A DNA stretch of 64,000 nt, from positions 1,178,001 to 1,242,000 of the forward strand of contig JBBPEB010000005.1 in NCBI GenBank assembly GCA_039096225.1, in the 5' to 3' direction. A program made the position numbers and the translations under genes. The number at the start of each line of letters is the position of its first letter. The stretch's first letter is position 1. The DNA is from Blastocystis sp. Blastoise (Eukaryota; Protista; Bigyra: Opalinata). Shown piece after piece: positions 1 to 30,115 of this stretch. A model generated the notes under the pieces. It did not search any database. It worked only from the letters and a program-made list of their open reading frames with translations, and was not told the origin of the DNA.

Positions 1-6033
<6,033 letters not shown>

Positions 6034-6534
6034 AATTATTTACAAACAGATAAATGTTCTTTAACGTATTAAATAAAGAACTTTTTTTATTCTTTTAAAA
6101 CACGGTAATTTTCGTAAAGACACAGAAATGATGATAAAAATGTACTGGACACTTTTTTTCTTATTATTTAAACTTAATGGTGTTAGCTTTATTCGTTATT
6201 TATAATAAATGTAAATTTATATAAGCCTGATGTTTCTAGTGAAATTAATGATATTTTTTTAATGAATATTGCTGAGATGATTAGATTATGATTTTTTTTT
6301 GTGTTTTATGTTATTCATTTGTTTTATGTTATTCATTTTTCTGTGACAGATGCTCACTTTATATTAACTGTTCTTGAAGATTGAAAACTGAATAAAAGAA
6401 AAGTATAAAATGTTTTTAAAAATATTTTAAAATAGGATAGTTTCATTGAAATTAAGAATAAATAGTTTTTTAATATGTTATAATCATATTATTTCTAGAA
6501 ATCAGCAAATAGATTATAGAAAAGCATATATATA

Positions 6535-11150
<4,616 letters not shown>

Positions 11151-11309
11151 CGTTTTTGTGTAGTATGTTAATGTAGCCTATCTGTATCAGTTTCTTGTAA
11201 TGACAGAATAGAGACTTCAAACCTTTTACAAATATAGAAATTTTCACAAAAATCTATATAACGTTTTATTCAGTGGCACAGATAGGGCTATAAGATGTAA
11301 GTTTTCACA

Positions 11310-11393
11310 GCCAGTTTGTCCGAGTGGTCCAAGGAGGGGGACTTAAGATCCCTTATGCGAACGCATGCGTGGGTTCAAACCCCACAGCTGGCA
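11310..11393 (+). tRNA. trnL-UAA: tRNA-Leu(UAA), copy 1
   Basis: GCCAG...CTGGCA acceptor stem, D-loop GAGTGG, anticodon loop CTTAAGA, long variable arm, T-loop GTTCAAA, T-run terminator downstream. Confidence 0.97.
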
Positions 11394-12100
11394 TCTCTTT
11401 TTATTTTTAATACTTTTTTATGCTTATTTAATTTTTCATTGTTTTATGGCAATACACTATTTATAAACAGCTACCAACCTTCTAAATAGATAAATCATAT
11501 ATATAACTTTCATCATTTATATCTTGTTCTCATAATAGTCATTATGAACTCCTAAAAAATGTTAATGAACCATATTTATACCAAATAAAAAATGTGAATA
11601 CCTGCTAGAGTCTTAAGTATTTATTAAATATTGAAATGATAGTTATTTATGTAAGATTTAATAGAAAAATTATATAAAGTTTTTTATTTTTATTATTCTC
11701 ACAGTAATATCATTAGTTAGTTTATTTTCTTGATATCAGCAGTTTTAAATATATGTTTTAGTATAAATTATATTAAATTACGACATTTTTTCACACATCT
11801 AAAAACAAATCGCATAGCTAGTAATATGTATATTCTCCTAAAATAATTGCATCATATGATAGAGCATTTCGTGTCAGTTGCACATTCAGTCTTCATTAAA
11901 TATATGTTCTTTTTGACATAATTCTGGTGGTATTATCAGTAAAATGCAATATATCGGGGAGAATGAAAGAATCCATACACTTCTTTAATCAAAAACAATA
12001 ATATATTTTTCAAAGTATAAAATATATCCTTTATACAATAAAAATAGTGTTTTTAAAATAAAGAATCTGTTGAGTTAAATAACAGATTTATTAAATAATT

Positions 12101-12198
12101 ATCCTGCTCATAGTGAAGATATAGTTTAACGCCATACGATAAAGTGGGGCGTATAGGCGCTCTGGCGATGATCGAAGCTTACAGCGGTCTCTTTTTTT
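12101..12198 (+). ncRNA. candidate small structured ncRNA (unidentified)
   Basis: GC-rich island in AT-rich intergenic DNA with an ACGCC/GGCGT hairpin, ending in T7, between two tRNA genes. Confidence 0.35.
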
Positions 12199-12253
12199 AA
12201 CATTCCAAATGTGTTCATTATCCATGAATCCACATAAGAAATAAATTTTCACA

Positions 12254-12337
12254 GCCAGTTTGTCCGAGTGGTCCAAGGAGGGGGACTTAAGATCCCTTAT
12301 GCGAACGCATGCGTGGGTTCAAACCCCACAGCTGGCA
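12254..12337 (+). tRNA. trnL-UAA: tRNA-Leu(UAA), copy 2 (identical to copy 1)
   Basis: Same 84-nt sequence as copy 1, with the same TTTTCACA leader and TCTCTTTTT trailer. Confidence 0.97.
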
Positions 12338-13055
12338 TCTCTTTTTTGTTTTCATATATTTTTTTAATATACTTTATTATACCTTTTTAATCTTTGTGAA
12401 ACAATGGAACAGTAAATATAAGAAATATGAATTTATTTAGATTGAATTAAGCGAGATTTGTATATAATCTCAAAAGAAATTGAGAATAGTCTTCAAATTC
12501 AAAAAGAGTCATTTAAGCAAAGAGTACTTATTTCTTCAAATCTATAGTCTATAAGTTTTGTTTGTGAATCGTTAAAAAGCAAATTACAGTCTCATAATCA
12601 CAAATGAAACCAAAAAGATCTTCTAAATAGAAACTAGTTTTATCGTCATTAATTACAACTCTTTTTGGATTTTAATAGGCAGCCATAAGTATCGTTTTAA
12701 AAAAGAAGAACCAAAAATAGTCAACAACAACATGTTATTTCAATCATAACCTCAACATAATTTCAACTACTCATTTGTTTAAAGATGAATATCAATATAT
12801 ATCTAATTAAAGCATGATATATACATGAATAATGAACGAAATATTATTTTTCTGTTTATTTTTTAGAAACCTATACATAAGTGACAAATTCCCATGAAGA
12901 AAGAAATAAAAAGTTATTTTTAAAACACTACATTTTTAATAATACCAACTGACTTGTATGTATTTTATGATTATAATATATGAAATATGAATCAGACATT
13001 ATTTTATCAATAGTTATATTGCTTATACGTGTTTTATAGGCTTCATCATTCCACA

Positions 13056-14119
13056 ATGGTCGGTACAAAGTCAACACTTGGTTCTAAGACTACTAAAATG
13101 CTGAGTTACATCAACTACTTGCTAAGAGTAGAATTAAAGGATGGAAGAAGCTTTGTTGGAACGTTCTTAGCTTATGATGCCTACATGAATATTGTCCTTG
13201 GAGAAGCGAAAGAAATTACTTCTTTAGGAAAAAACAAATCATTGCCTCCTCTTCCAGGTAAGTATTGTCATTGTTATCTTGTTGTTTCATATCATTTTTT
13301 ATTTCCGTGAATAAATAATGAATACTTTAAAAATATTTTTTTATAAATCATTTTATATATTTGTTAATGTTTATGTTTCTATATATTTAGGTATTGAAGA
13401 TGAAGATGTAGAAGAAGAGCGTTATTTCGGTTTAGTTGTATTAAGAGGTACAAATATAGTAACTATTCATATTTGTGGACCTCCCCCTGTAGATGTATAT
13501 ATTTATATATTTATTTATATATATTTATTTTATTGTTTAATTTAATTTCTTTTATTATAATAACTATCATATATATATATCAGTGTATATATTATTCTAT
13601 ATAGAAATCCTCTACGTTCCCTGAAGTTCGAGCTGCTGTTTATAGTAAACTTATGGCTTCAAAGGGTATATATATATATATTAATTAGTTATTTTTATAT
13701 TTTTCTATTGTACCTATTAATATTCAACATATATATATATGTATATAGGTGCACCACTTCCTGGTCTTGGCGGTCTTCCTTCTCTTCCTCTTTTAATGGG
13801 AATGCAACACAATTTACCGCCAAATATGGCACCTAGACCGGGTATGCCTCCACTCCCACCAAATATGATGTTACCACCAAATATGTTACCGCCAAATATG
13901 GCTCCAAGACCCGGTATGCCTCCACTCCCACCAAATATGATGCCACCAAATATGGCGCCAAGACCTGGTATGCCGCCACTCCCTCCAAATATGATGCCGC
14001 CAAATATGGGATCTCATCCCGGTATGCCGCCACTCCCTCCAAATATGATGCCACCAAATATGTTACCGCCAAATATGGCACCAAGACCAGGTATGCCTTC
14101 CCTTCCTCCTCAAAACTAA
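13056..14119 (+). CDS. SNRPB: small nuclear ribonucleoprotein SmB/B' with Pro/Met-rich C-terminal repeats, 3 introns
   Basis: [35 protein letters not shown] (Sm1) and [15 protein letters not shown]...GPPP (Sm2); tail of [13 protein letters not shown] repeats. Confidence 0.92.
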
Positions 14120-14398
14120 ATATATTAATTAAATTTGTTGTTATATATATGTATATATATACCTTTTCTTTTCTTTTATGTTTTATTTCTCCATATGTGT
14201 TTAATTTCTTATTTATATATATATACTAATATGAATAAATAAATGTGTTGTGTTGTGTTTATATGAATAAATAAACAAAATAAATATGTATATGTATATG
14301 TATTAAGAAGAAGAAAAAGAAGATAATGGGTAATAAGTATAAAGATATATTATATAAATGTAAAGTATTTAATATGAAGTTTATTCAATTGATAATGA

Positions 14399-15267
14399 TC
14401 AAAGAGAGAGAGTAGTATTGCTATTATTATCATTACTATTGGTGTTATTATCAGTATCATCATTATTACCACTGTTATTAGTATTATCATCATTACTATT
14501 GGTGTTATCAGTATCATTATTATTACTACTGTTATTAGTGTTATCATCATTATTACTACTGTTATTCTCTTTATTATCATTATTAATCATTGTAATTTCC
14601 TGTTCTGCTTTCTCTAAGAGTTGATCGATAGACCCGTTAATAGAATTAAACTCATTCTTCTCCTTCTCCTTCTCTTCTTTCATGGCACTATGAGTCTATA
14701 TATAGAATAACAATAATATATTAAATATATTATTAATAAATAGTAATAAATTTGTAAATGATAATACTTATAATAAGAAGTAAAAAAAATTGAATTTAAG
14801 AAAAATAATGAAAATAAAATAGTATTAAATAAAATTATATAAATATAAAGAAAAATACTATATAATATAATATAATATAATATAATATAATATAATATAA
14901 TATATATATATATATATATACTTTTGGGAGGAATGGTAAATTGGGTTCAAGAGATGCAAATAATGATTGTGTTCTTTGTAAACGTGAGTATAAGGATAGA
15001 TATAGAGTTGTGTCCAATGAATTATTATATATATAATTCGATGGAACAGAAAGAGGAGCTAAGGGACATGACTATATATAATAGTATATATTAGATTATA
15101 TGATAATATACAATAATTATATATAATTATATAATATAATAATATATAACTACATACTTCAACATATTTACATGAATAGTATAATGTAAATGCTATATAA
15201 TAATAATTATAGTTCTACATGTATAAACTAAAAGAATAAATATATACTCTTTATATATATGATTGTC

Positions 15268-15331
<64 letters not shown>

Positions 15332-15878
15332 TATTCTTTAGATATATATTCAATTGCCTTTTGGAGATCACTATATATCTGTTGAAGAGAAAGTGTAGGA
15401 TTATTATATGTATATAAATGACAATATAACTCATTCTTATCACATAAATGAACAGGATCATCCAACTATATATATATATATAAACATTAATAGATTTTAT
15501 ATATATAACAAAAAAATAAATATAAAATGGTTTAATATAAATAATAGTAAATTGAATGATATATAGATATACCAATAAACAATAAATAGCATATTTATTA
15601 TCGAAAGAATTCGGTGGGAATACAATTATATTTCGAATATTCTTTTCTTCTATTTGTGTTTTATTAATATTATTATTATCATTATCACTATTATTATCAA
15701 TATTATTATTATAATCTTTCTTAGCAACAGAAGTATATGTATATATCGCTACTGCGTGAACTACTGAAGATAATTGACATTGATTATTAGTCTTATTCCC
15801 GCGGGAATCAGGAGAATAAGATTCCGAAGATATTATATGCTTACAACGATATACTTCTCCATTCTCAAGGACTATATA

Positions 15879-15933
<55 letters not shown>

Positions 15934-18341
15934 CTTATTATTATTATTATATAGAATCATATACCAATTGCTTTGGTGACATTTCCGTGGTTAATAATAC
16001 CTTTTGGCTGAGAATTAAGCATATATATACCGCCGTAAATAGCACTAGTTCGACAAAAAGACTATATTATAAAACATGAAGAATAAGTAGTTATATATAT
16101 ATATTGAATAGAGTAACATAAAAAAATAGATATCACAATAACAATAATAATAATAATAATAATAATATATATATATATATACTTCAATAATAGAGTTCGT
16201 ACCATATAGCGGGTAAATATAGGCGGTATTACTGAATACTCTCTGACTCTTTATATATATATACATACGGGATAATCCCTCTTCTACATATAAAGGAGAA
16301 AGACCTATAAATATATATATTATATAGTAGGTATAGAGAGAAGAAAGATATATATATATATACCTTTTTCAGTAATATATTGTTCCTTGTTATCACTCAA
16401 GCATAAAGAATAACTATATATAAAAATAACAATGTATATATATAATATATATATATATAAATATAACTAATATATATATATGAATATATATACATAATAA
16501 TATCAATAAGTCTATCATTCATCTTAAATTCCTTTTGTAAGAAAAAAGACATTAGGATATTCTTAAATATATAGTTATTTATATTTATACTCATCTCCTT
16601 CTTATTCTGTGGACGCCCCAACGATCTACCCTATATATATATATATATATATATAGCATAATAAAAGTATTATGAATATATATAAATATATATATAATTT
16701 ATATGTAATAAGCAAAAGATCAATATATATATATATATATATATATACTTGTTGAAGATTAATTTCATTAATATAAATAGCTTCTTCCTCTTCTTTCTCT
16801 ACATAATAATCAAAACAGAATTGCATGAATTTCGTTAATAATCGTTTTTCTTTCATTGTTATCGAGGTGTTACTGAATATATCCTGCTTACAAGCAGGTA
16901 TCTATATATATATATATATAATATATGAGAAAGAATTATATATATATAGATTGAGAAAGAATTATATATATATATAGATTGAGAAAGAATTATATATATA
17001 TAGATTGAGAAAGAATTATATATATATAGATTGAGAAATAATTATATATATATAGATTGAGAAATAATTATATATATATTGAGAAAGAATTATATATATA
17101 TAGATTGAGAAATAATTATATATATATTGAGAAAGAATTATATATATATAGATTGAGAATTATATATATATATTGAGAAAGAGAATTATATATATATATT
17201 GAGAAAGAATTATATATATATATAGATTGAGAAAGAATTATATATATATAGATTGAGAAAGAATTATATATATATAGATTGAGAATTATATATATATATA
17301 TTGAGAAAGAGAACTATATATATATACTTTAAGAATATGTGAACCTTCTTGTTCATTTTCATATATATATATGCCTTCCTATATATATATATAGAAAAAT
17401 AGTTCTTTAAATATAATTAATAAAATAAATTATTAGCATATATTTCTTAATATATAATAATATACAATAGGAAGAAATTCAGTATATTCATTAATTCCTG
17501 CTTCTAATAATGTATCTACGATATTCCCACGGGAATACACCAAACTTCCTCGTAAGTCTAAATTATATTTAAAACTATGTTTCAATAAATCAGGAAGAAT
17601 AGAACGACTATATATATAATATAATATAATATTACATAATATAGCATAATATGTACCTTTCAATAATATTTTCATGATGAATATTACCATTTTCATCTTC
17701 AACTGTTTTATCTACATCACATTTATACTAAATAATACATATATATACAGTAGTAATAAAGAAATAATATACATTATATATATATTCTTCAGGTTCCGTA
17801 ATAACAGAACAATTCTCAGTACTTAAAAATGGGATGAATTCAATATCGTTTTCGGTTAACTGTTCAGGAATAATAGGCTCTCCTTCTTGAACATCTAATT
17901 CATCTTTATCCCAAATAGTTGTTTTTGTAGTTATGGGTGAGTTTAATTGTTCAAGAATCTTCTTCTTATCTATTTGGAATATAAATTATCAATTAATTAT
18001 AGAAATAATCAGAACACTTTACCTATGGACTCATTATTTTCTTTAATAACATTGGAATCATGATGTATTTTATTTTGTAAATCTTTAAAAGTAAGAGTAG
18101 CATGCATATCACCATACATTGGTTCCTAAATAAATGTTAATGTAGTATTAAATAATATACGCGATCAATATGAAGAACACTTTTTCCTACTCTTGATAAT
18201 GCACTATAAATTAAAATAGAATAAAAACAAGATCAACAATGCTCATGACATTGGAAACAAAAAATACGCTGCAAGTACTGAATTTTCAAAGTTTGTTCCT
18301 AGAATGACATAATCAAACTCTTGACAAAGCTCTTTATCCAT
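14399..18341 (-). CDS. CHM: Rab escort protein (REP/CHM, Rab GGTase component A; GDI superfamily), about 16 introns
   Basis: EFDYVILGT...LAAALSRVGKSVLHIDR..YG; KYNLDL...VYSRGNIVDTLL; EKRLLTKF; YIYPLYG...SFCRTSAIYGGIYML. Confidence 0.88.
16902..17327 (-). repeat. intronic minisatellite, about 16 copies of a roughly 25-nt unit (plus strand GATTGAGAAAGAATTATATATATA)
   Basis: Tandem units fill a single GT-AG intron of the REP gene. Confidence 0.9.
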
Positions 18342-18800
18342 ATTAGATTAAAAATATATTAAAAGATAATAAATGATAAAAATCCTAATAAAAAAAATAC
18401 TTTTTAGTTGATAATATGATATCAAATAGATGAAATACGTATTTATTATTAAAAAAATATGTATTACGTATAGGATACTTATCTAAAGACATATCTATGC
18501 TTAATCCTTTATATTTATATAATTGTCGTCATTGGTTTAATCATGATTATTGAAAAAACAAAATTAGATTTTCAATTTGATGCTGTTTTCTTATAAATAG
18601 AATATAGAAAGAACAAAACATTGCACAACAATAATGATTTTATAAAAAGATGAGAATTAGTAAAGAAAATAGTTCTAGATGACAATATGGCACAACCATG
18701 TAATATAACAATATATAATTTAGTTAATAGAAAAGTAAGAAATCATGTATAGGATATAAAATAAGAAATTGCAAAAAAAAGTATTTTTCTAGAAATGTTT

Positions 18801-19243
18801 TTATGCTATAGCGAGGAAGAAGCAAACAACAGCAACAGCAATAAGAATAAGAATGGTCATTAATTCGCAATTATTATTTGTTTTTAATAATTTGCCAATT
18901 TGTTGTCTGGCTTGTCCCATTTTGGTAGTAGCTTCATCCATTTCTTCATTCATATCAATTAACATACTATGTAAATAAGAATAATCATTATTTAGCATGA
19001 TTTTATATGGTTTATATATAATAAAAGAAAAATAATTCATAAAAAAAATGTATAAAAAAATGATAAAAACCAATGAATAATAATATACGTATTGTGTGTG
19101 TTGATTTCATCACCAATAGCAGAAGCCATTTGACCTAATCTATCGACATCATCACCAATCATAGATAAATCTTGATCTTGTTTGATCATCATATCCTATA
19201 TATATGAAGATATAACCATGATTCTGATGATAAATAGTGATTA

Positions 19244-19306
<63 letters not shown>

Positions 19307-20057
19307 AAAAAAGAAAGAAGAATATAATATATACAGCTTGTTGATCTTGACTCTTCTTAATATATTTATCATTATTATTATCTAAACCACCAAATAACTT
19401 TTCTTGTTCACTTTGTTCTTTTCTAGCAAGAATATTCTTCTTACGATCTGAATCAATCTTTGATTTACTCTTTTTATATTCAGATTGCATTCCACTTATA
19501 GTCTAAATAAATTAAAGAAAAAAAAAAATGAATAAATAATAGCATATAATATATATACAGAACGAGTAGAATCAATGAAATTTCTTCTTTGTTTCATTTC
19601 AACCTATAATAATATAAAATTTATAAACAAATTTAAAAAAAAAATGACAAATAAATTACTTCATTAATATGAGTAAAACTAGAAGGATCACTTTCAAGTT
19701 TAGATTGAACTTCATTTAATAAATCAATCATCTTATTGATATTTTCAAATTCCTTAGGAAGATCTATAGAAATATGAGAATAAAAAATGGATTTATTATG
19801 ACTCTTAGAGAAAAAATAATTAAAAAACAAAGTTAATATAAAAATCGTGACTGAAAATGAATGAAACTATATTAAAATGAGAATATACCTCTATGAAGTT
19901 TAGCAAATTTAACACTAGAATCAGTATTAGAATTTTCTAATAAGTTTTTCCAAGCATCATATTTCTTTTGGATATCGAACAACTTGTTTTGAACAGCATT
20001 CTTAGTGGTATAAAAAGGATCAGCAGCAGCTTGAGCAGTAGGGCTAAGAGTTTCCAT
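18801..20057 (-). CDS. STX6: syntaxin-6/10 (Tlg1/SYP61-type Qc SNARE), 5 introns
   Basis: N-terminal DPFY motif, SNARE helix (QDQDLSMIGDDVDRLGQMASAIGDEI) and C-terminal transmembrane segment. Confidence 0.88.
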
Positions 20058-20790
20058 TTGTATATATCAGTTTATAAGGTAAGATCTAATGAAAAATGTA
20101 TTTCTCTTTATAAAAATGTCAATTTGGATTCATAAAATAGATAATTACCATGAATTTTTATCCATAATCAAGAATAATGATAGGAATGGACATCATTAGG
20201 GACCATATCTATTGTTATTACCGTATTCAATTGTTGTTTTTCATTTCTTTTACGAAAACATTATCCTCCCTATTTACCGAAGATCTTTTTGTTCCATTTT
20301 TAGAGAGACATGATTTTTAATTTTCCATGGGAATTCCATTATTTTAAATTTTTGTTTTTATTGTGTTGTTTATTGATATAGTTTGCTGCTTTTGTGTTAT
20401 ACGTATTGTGTATGTAGTTATTTTTGATGATGAAAATGCTCTTACTAATTTTAGACAAAAAATACTTTGCTAGTATGATTGATTTCTATTATTTTAGCTA
20501 TAAGCATAGAGAAAAGTATTTCCAAAGTTAGAAGAAGCTCTGAAGAAAACAATAATTCACATGAATTAATAGAATATATAAAAACCGTCATTGATTTCTT
20601 ATAATTTATAAAAAAATAGCAATATTCAGTTATCAAACAATACAAAACACATAAACTGAAAGACAGAGTTTACCCAATTGTACACACATGTATTCATTAA
20701 ATTGAAACAAATTAATATAGAACAGTAAGAACATCAAATAAGATGAATAAGATTTATTTCTTAAAGAAAGTGATATGAACTATTAATTTT

Positions 20791-21546
20791 TTAATTGGTC
20801 CAAAGGAAATTTACGCAAAAAGCTTCATCTCCGTCTTCAGTAACTGATCTAGCTTCAATAACATAACTACCCTATAGATATGTTTTCCATAAATAAAATA
20901 TCCAAAGTTCAAATAAATATATCTTTTCAAAAAAAAAAAAAAATTGCAAATAATAAGTATATAAGAAACATACAGGAACTAAAATAAGAGGGAACTTGAT
21001 AGAAATAATAGTTTCAGGCCAAATTTTAGCAACAGGACATTGAGGACCTGCATAATGGACTTTTCCTAATCCAAAAGCAAATTGACCATCACATTCACCA
21101 CAAAGACAAATTTCAACTGGATCACCAAGAGAAGACTATGTAAATAAAATGGTGAATGATATAATGAATAATATTCGAATTAAAAATGATTAAGAAATAA
21201 GAATATTCTAAAAGAGTTTATATTCACAAAAAAAAAAAACAGAATAAACATTATTATCTAATAAAGAAAACATACGCCATTGAGGGTACCATAGAAGAAA
21301 GTGGATCCAGCAGCGATGGTACCAGTGAAATTGGTTTTTCCAAGAACTAAAGAAGTGGTACTTCCAGGAATGACATCACCGACAGTAATGTTTTGGAATC
21401 TTAAGAGTGTTGATGCACTTCCACAATCTTTAATAGTGGCCTTAGAAGCAAATGCGACACAGAGGAGACAAAGAATAGCAAAAACTATATGAAATAATAT
21501 GAATAATGTTACATGAAACAATGCAGAATCATAAAATACATTTCAT
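20791..21546 (-). CDS. secreted ML (MD-2/NPC2-like) lipid-binding protein, 3 introns
   Basis: Signal peptide MKFFAILCLLCVAFA; IKDCGS...EICLC...QCPV...GSYVIEARSVTEDGDEAFCVNF cysteine pattern. Confidence 0.8.
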
Positions 21547-22690
21547 GACTAATGAAGTGCTGTAAAAATAAAAAATAATTTAAAACTTCCATGAACAGAT
21601 GTTTAACATCTCCAAAACATAAACATTACGTCATTGTTTAAACGAGATTCGAAAACATTCTTTAAACATATGATTGGATAATATCTATGATTTATCCAAT
21701 TGTTAACGAATAAAAAGAGTGTCATTTAAGCATTCGTTTATGGTACTTTTTGGTATTGTTGTCTTTTGTGTTTAGAGCCTCTTTACATATGCAATGTAAG
21801 ACACTTTGAGAAATAAATATGATGAATCATATGAGAATTATAATTATTTATAATGATTCACATCATTTATAGATTCTATGAAGTTTTTAATTTTTTATTT
21901 ATTTAAAACAGTATCTTTGGGTTCACAGATTGAATAAGACGTTGATTAACTGAGAATAGGAAGATCAATATTCAATTCATGGCCAGTTTAAACTGTTTCG
22001 CTGGATCATTTTTTATGTTATATTAAAATAATCCTTGAAGAGAAAGCGTATATACACCTTATGTTGAAAGAAAACATACATATAAATAATGTTAGTAGTG
22101 TTTTAAAACAATAGTTAATAAATCTGCTAAGTATTTAAAGTGTTTATATTATTTAAATACAATTTTGAATATGAGAAAAGTAACTAAAATATAAGCTAAC
22201 AAAAAACAGGAGAAATATATACTTATTTGCTATATATATATAAATGAAAATGATTTCAAAAAACACTTATAATAGAGGAAATTGTTCAAAATATATGATT
22301 GAATGAATATATAAGATCAAAAGAAAGAGAAGAAAAAGGAGAAAAAGAAATTCAATAGTAAAGAAATACTAAAAAAAAGAAGAAAAGAAACATCAGAAAT
22401 ACAATTATATTTATTTGAATATTAAGATATGTAGAAAACAAGTAAAATGCAAAAAGTTAAAATATATATTATAATATAAAAAGTGAAAGACTAGAAAGAG
22501 TAATATAAACAATAAATTAATCCCTTTCTATATTAGAATCTATAAATAAAAATCTAATATTAACAAAATAAAAAATCAAAGTATATAGCACAAATAGATA
22601 AATTAAATTAATAAATAATTATGTTTATCAATTCTTTTTGTAAATAAACACAAATTATAAATAATATAAATATATATATATGAATAGATT

Positions 22691-28059
<5,369 letters not shown>

Positions 28060-28340
28060 TTTATGATTTATATAATTATAAGAGTATTCTAGATTTGTCT
28101 TTTTGGCTTTTTCTAAAAAGCAAATGAAAAGAGTTATAAATTATACTCAAAAAAAAATCAGTTTTAAGCTGGTTTTTAAAATGGACATAGTAATTGTAGG
28201 CGTATAAAATTCATGGGATTTACCGAGAATTCTTATTATGGCTTGCTTATTTTTAAGTATTTAACTGATTTATTCTTTTATGTTAGTGTTGCAATAAATC
28301 TAGTTGCTTTTTATTTCATTTGTTTTATTTTGTTTTATTA

Positions 28341-29388
28341 ATGAACGTCATTGCTACGTATTCTAGATTACTTGCTGTATTGTTATAGCACATACATATG
28401 TAATTATTTTATTCAGAGTCACCCAATTATAACAAAAGCTGTCACTTCTTCTATTCTTGCTGGAGCTGGAGATATTTGTGCTCAAAAATTCTTTCCAAAT
28501 GAACCTAATAAACCTTTTGATTGGAACAGACACTTTAGGATGCTTGTAATTCAATATATTATAAGTATTTTAAAATAGAGACTGATATCTATAGACTGTT
28601 GGATTTGGATTTGCGGTTCTAACACATGAATGGTATGTAATGATGTTTTTCTTTTTGTTATTAACAAATAGTATAGCGATACTATTTGTAGGAAATATAT
28701 TACTAAGATGATTTATATATATTTGAATGTTCTATTTATTATTTGAATAGGTTTAAAATACTTCCAAAAATATTCCCTGGTGAAGGAGGTACCGTTTTAT
28801 TTAAAAAAGTTGCTTTAGATCAAGTATTATATATATATATATTATGTAGCATATCTTAGAGATATTCTAAAGTATAAATATTATATATATAGGTATTTTA
28901 TACTCCATTTTTAGACGTTATTTTATATTTTTCACTTTCTTTTATGGAGGTATATATATAGTATTTATTATAATTATTATTAAGTATTATAATTATTATA
29001 TTATAAATTATTTTTATTATACTTATTAGGAATTTAATCATTATTATATATAGAACCCTCATGCCCGCCAACCTGATGCCGGTATTCAAAAGACAAAAGA
29101 ATGCCTATGGCCTACTCTGAGAGCTAATTATATGGTATGGCCTCTTCTTCAATTTATTAATTTCAAATTTATTCCTCAACAAGTATATAATAATAATAAT
29201 AATAATTAATAATAATAATAATTAATAATAAACATAATAAACATAATAAACATAATAAACATATAACTATAATAATAATAAATATAATATATATATAGTT
29301 TCAAGTTTTATATATGAATGTGTTTATTTTCTTTTGGAATATTTTCTTATCAAAAATTGCAAATGGTGGACTGAAAAAGAAGGAATAA
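28341..29388 (+). CDS. Mpv17/PMP22 family membrane protein, 6 introns
   Basis: YSRLLA|SHPIITKAVTSSILAGAGDICAQ; KKVALDQ; WPTLRANYMVWPLLQFINFKFIP; FFWNIFLS. Confidence 0.92.
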
Positions 29389-30115
29389 TCATGGTTATTA
29401 AGAATACAATGAATATTCATATATATAGTATTTAAAATATTTATACACTTTGAATTTATTTATATATATATTATCGTTTCTCTATGAATTTATTAATTGA
29501 ATTATTGAATTGTTAAATATGTTCATATTTATTAAAAATACTATTCTTAAAACTTCAAAAAAAAAATAAATAATGTTTTTTCTTTTAAAACAAAATTTCA
29601 ATAATAAAAGAATTATATATTTTTTTTATACAAAAAATTTAGAAAATTATTTTGTAAAAAACAGTTTTATCATTACATTCGCTTGCAAATTTGCATTAAA
29701 CACTAATTATGTATATATGTAACATTAATAATACTATCAATTATTATTCTGGCTATCATGAAATTCCACGACAGTATAGAGATGAACTTGATTACTACAA
29801 TCATCACATTATTTTACAATAATAATTATTTTTTCTGATATACAAAGAATTCTTACAAAAGCAAAAGCTATGCATATCTATATAATCACTTCGATAAATT
29901 CAACTTTAAACACACAACAACAAGTATTATCAAATAATCTATTGGTCGATGATCACGTTTTTTTAGAAAAAACCATTTCATAGATTTCATTTATTTTTTT
30001 TTCAGTTATTATTCCAGTTCTTTGCTATTTAAATATTAAGAATAGATTCGCACTATTAGCCTTGCTTTAAATTCAATATAACTCTTTATAATCAACGTTA
30101 CTATTAAAAAAAAAC

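Noticed and set aside
12091-12276. 61-aa minus-strand ORF; also 5S rRNA, U3, U4atac or U11 identity for the GC island
   Set aside because: The ORF starts antisense within a tRNA gene. The RNA similarities are short words lacking the required boxes (no box D CTGA, no clear Sm site, no 5S 3' half).
16902-17327. CRISPR-like array or transposon
   Set aside because: The units are separated only by variable TA runs, with no unique spacers. No transposase, reverse transcriptase or terminal repeats were recognised in the window.
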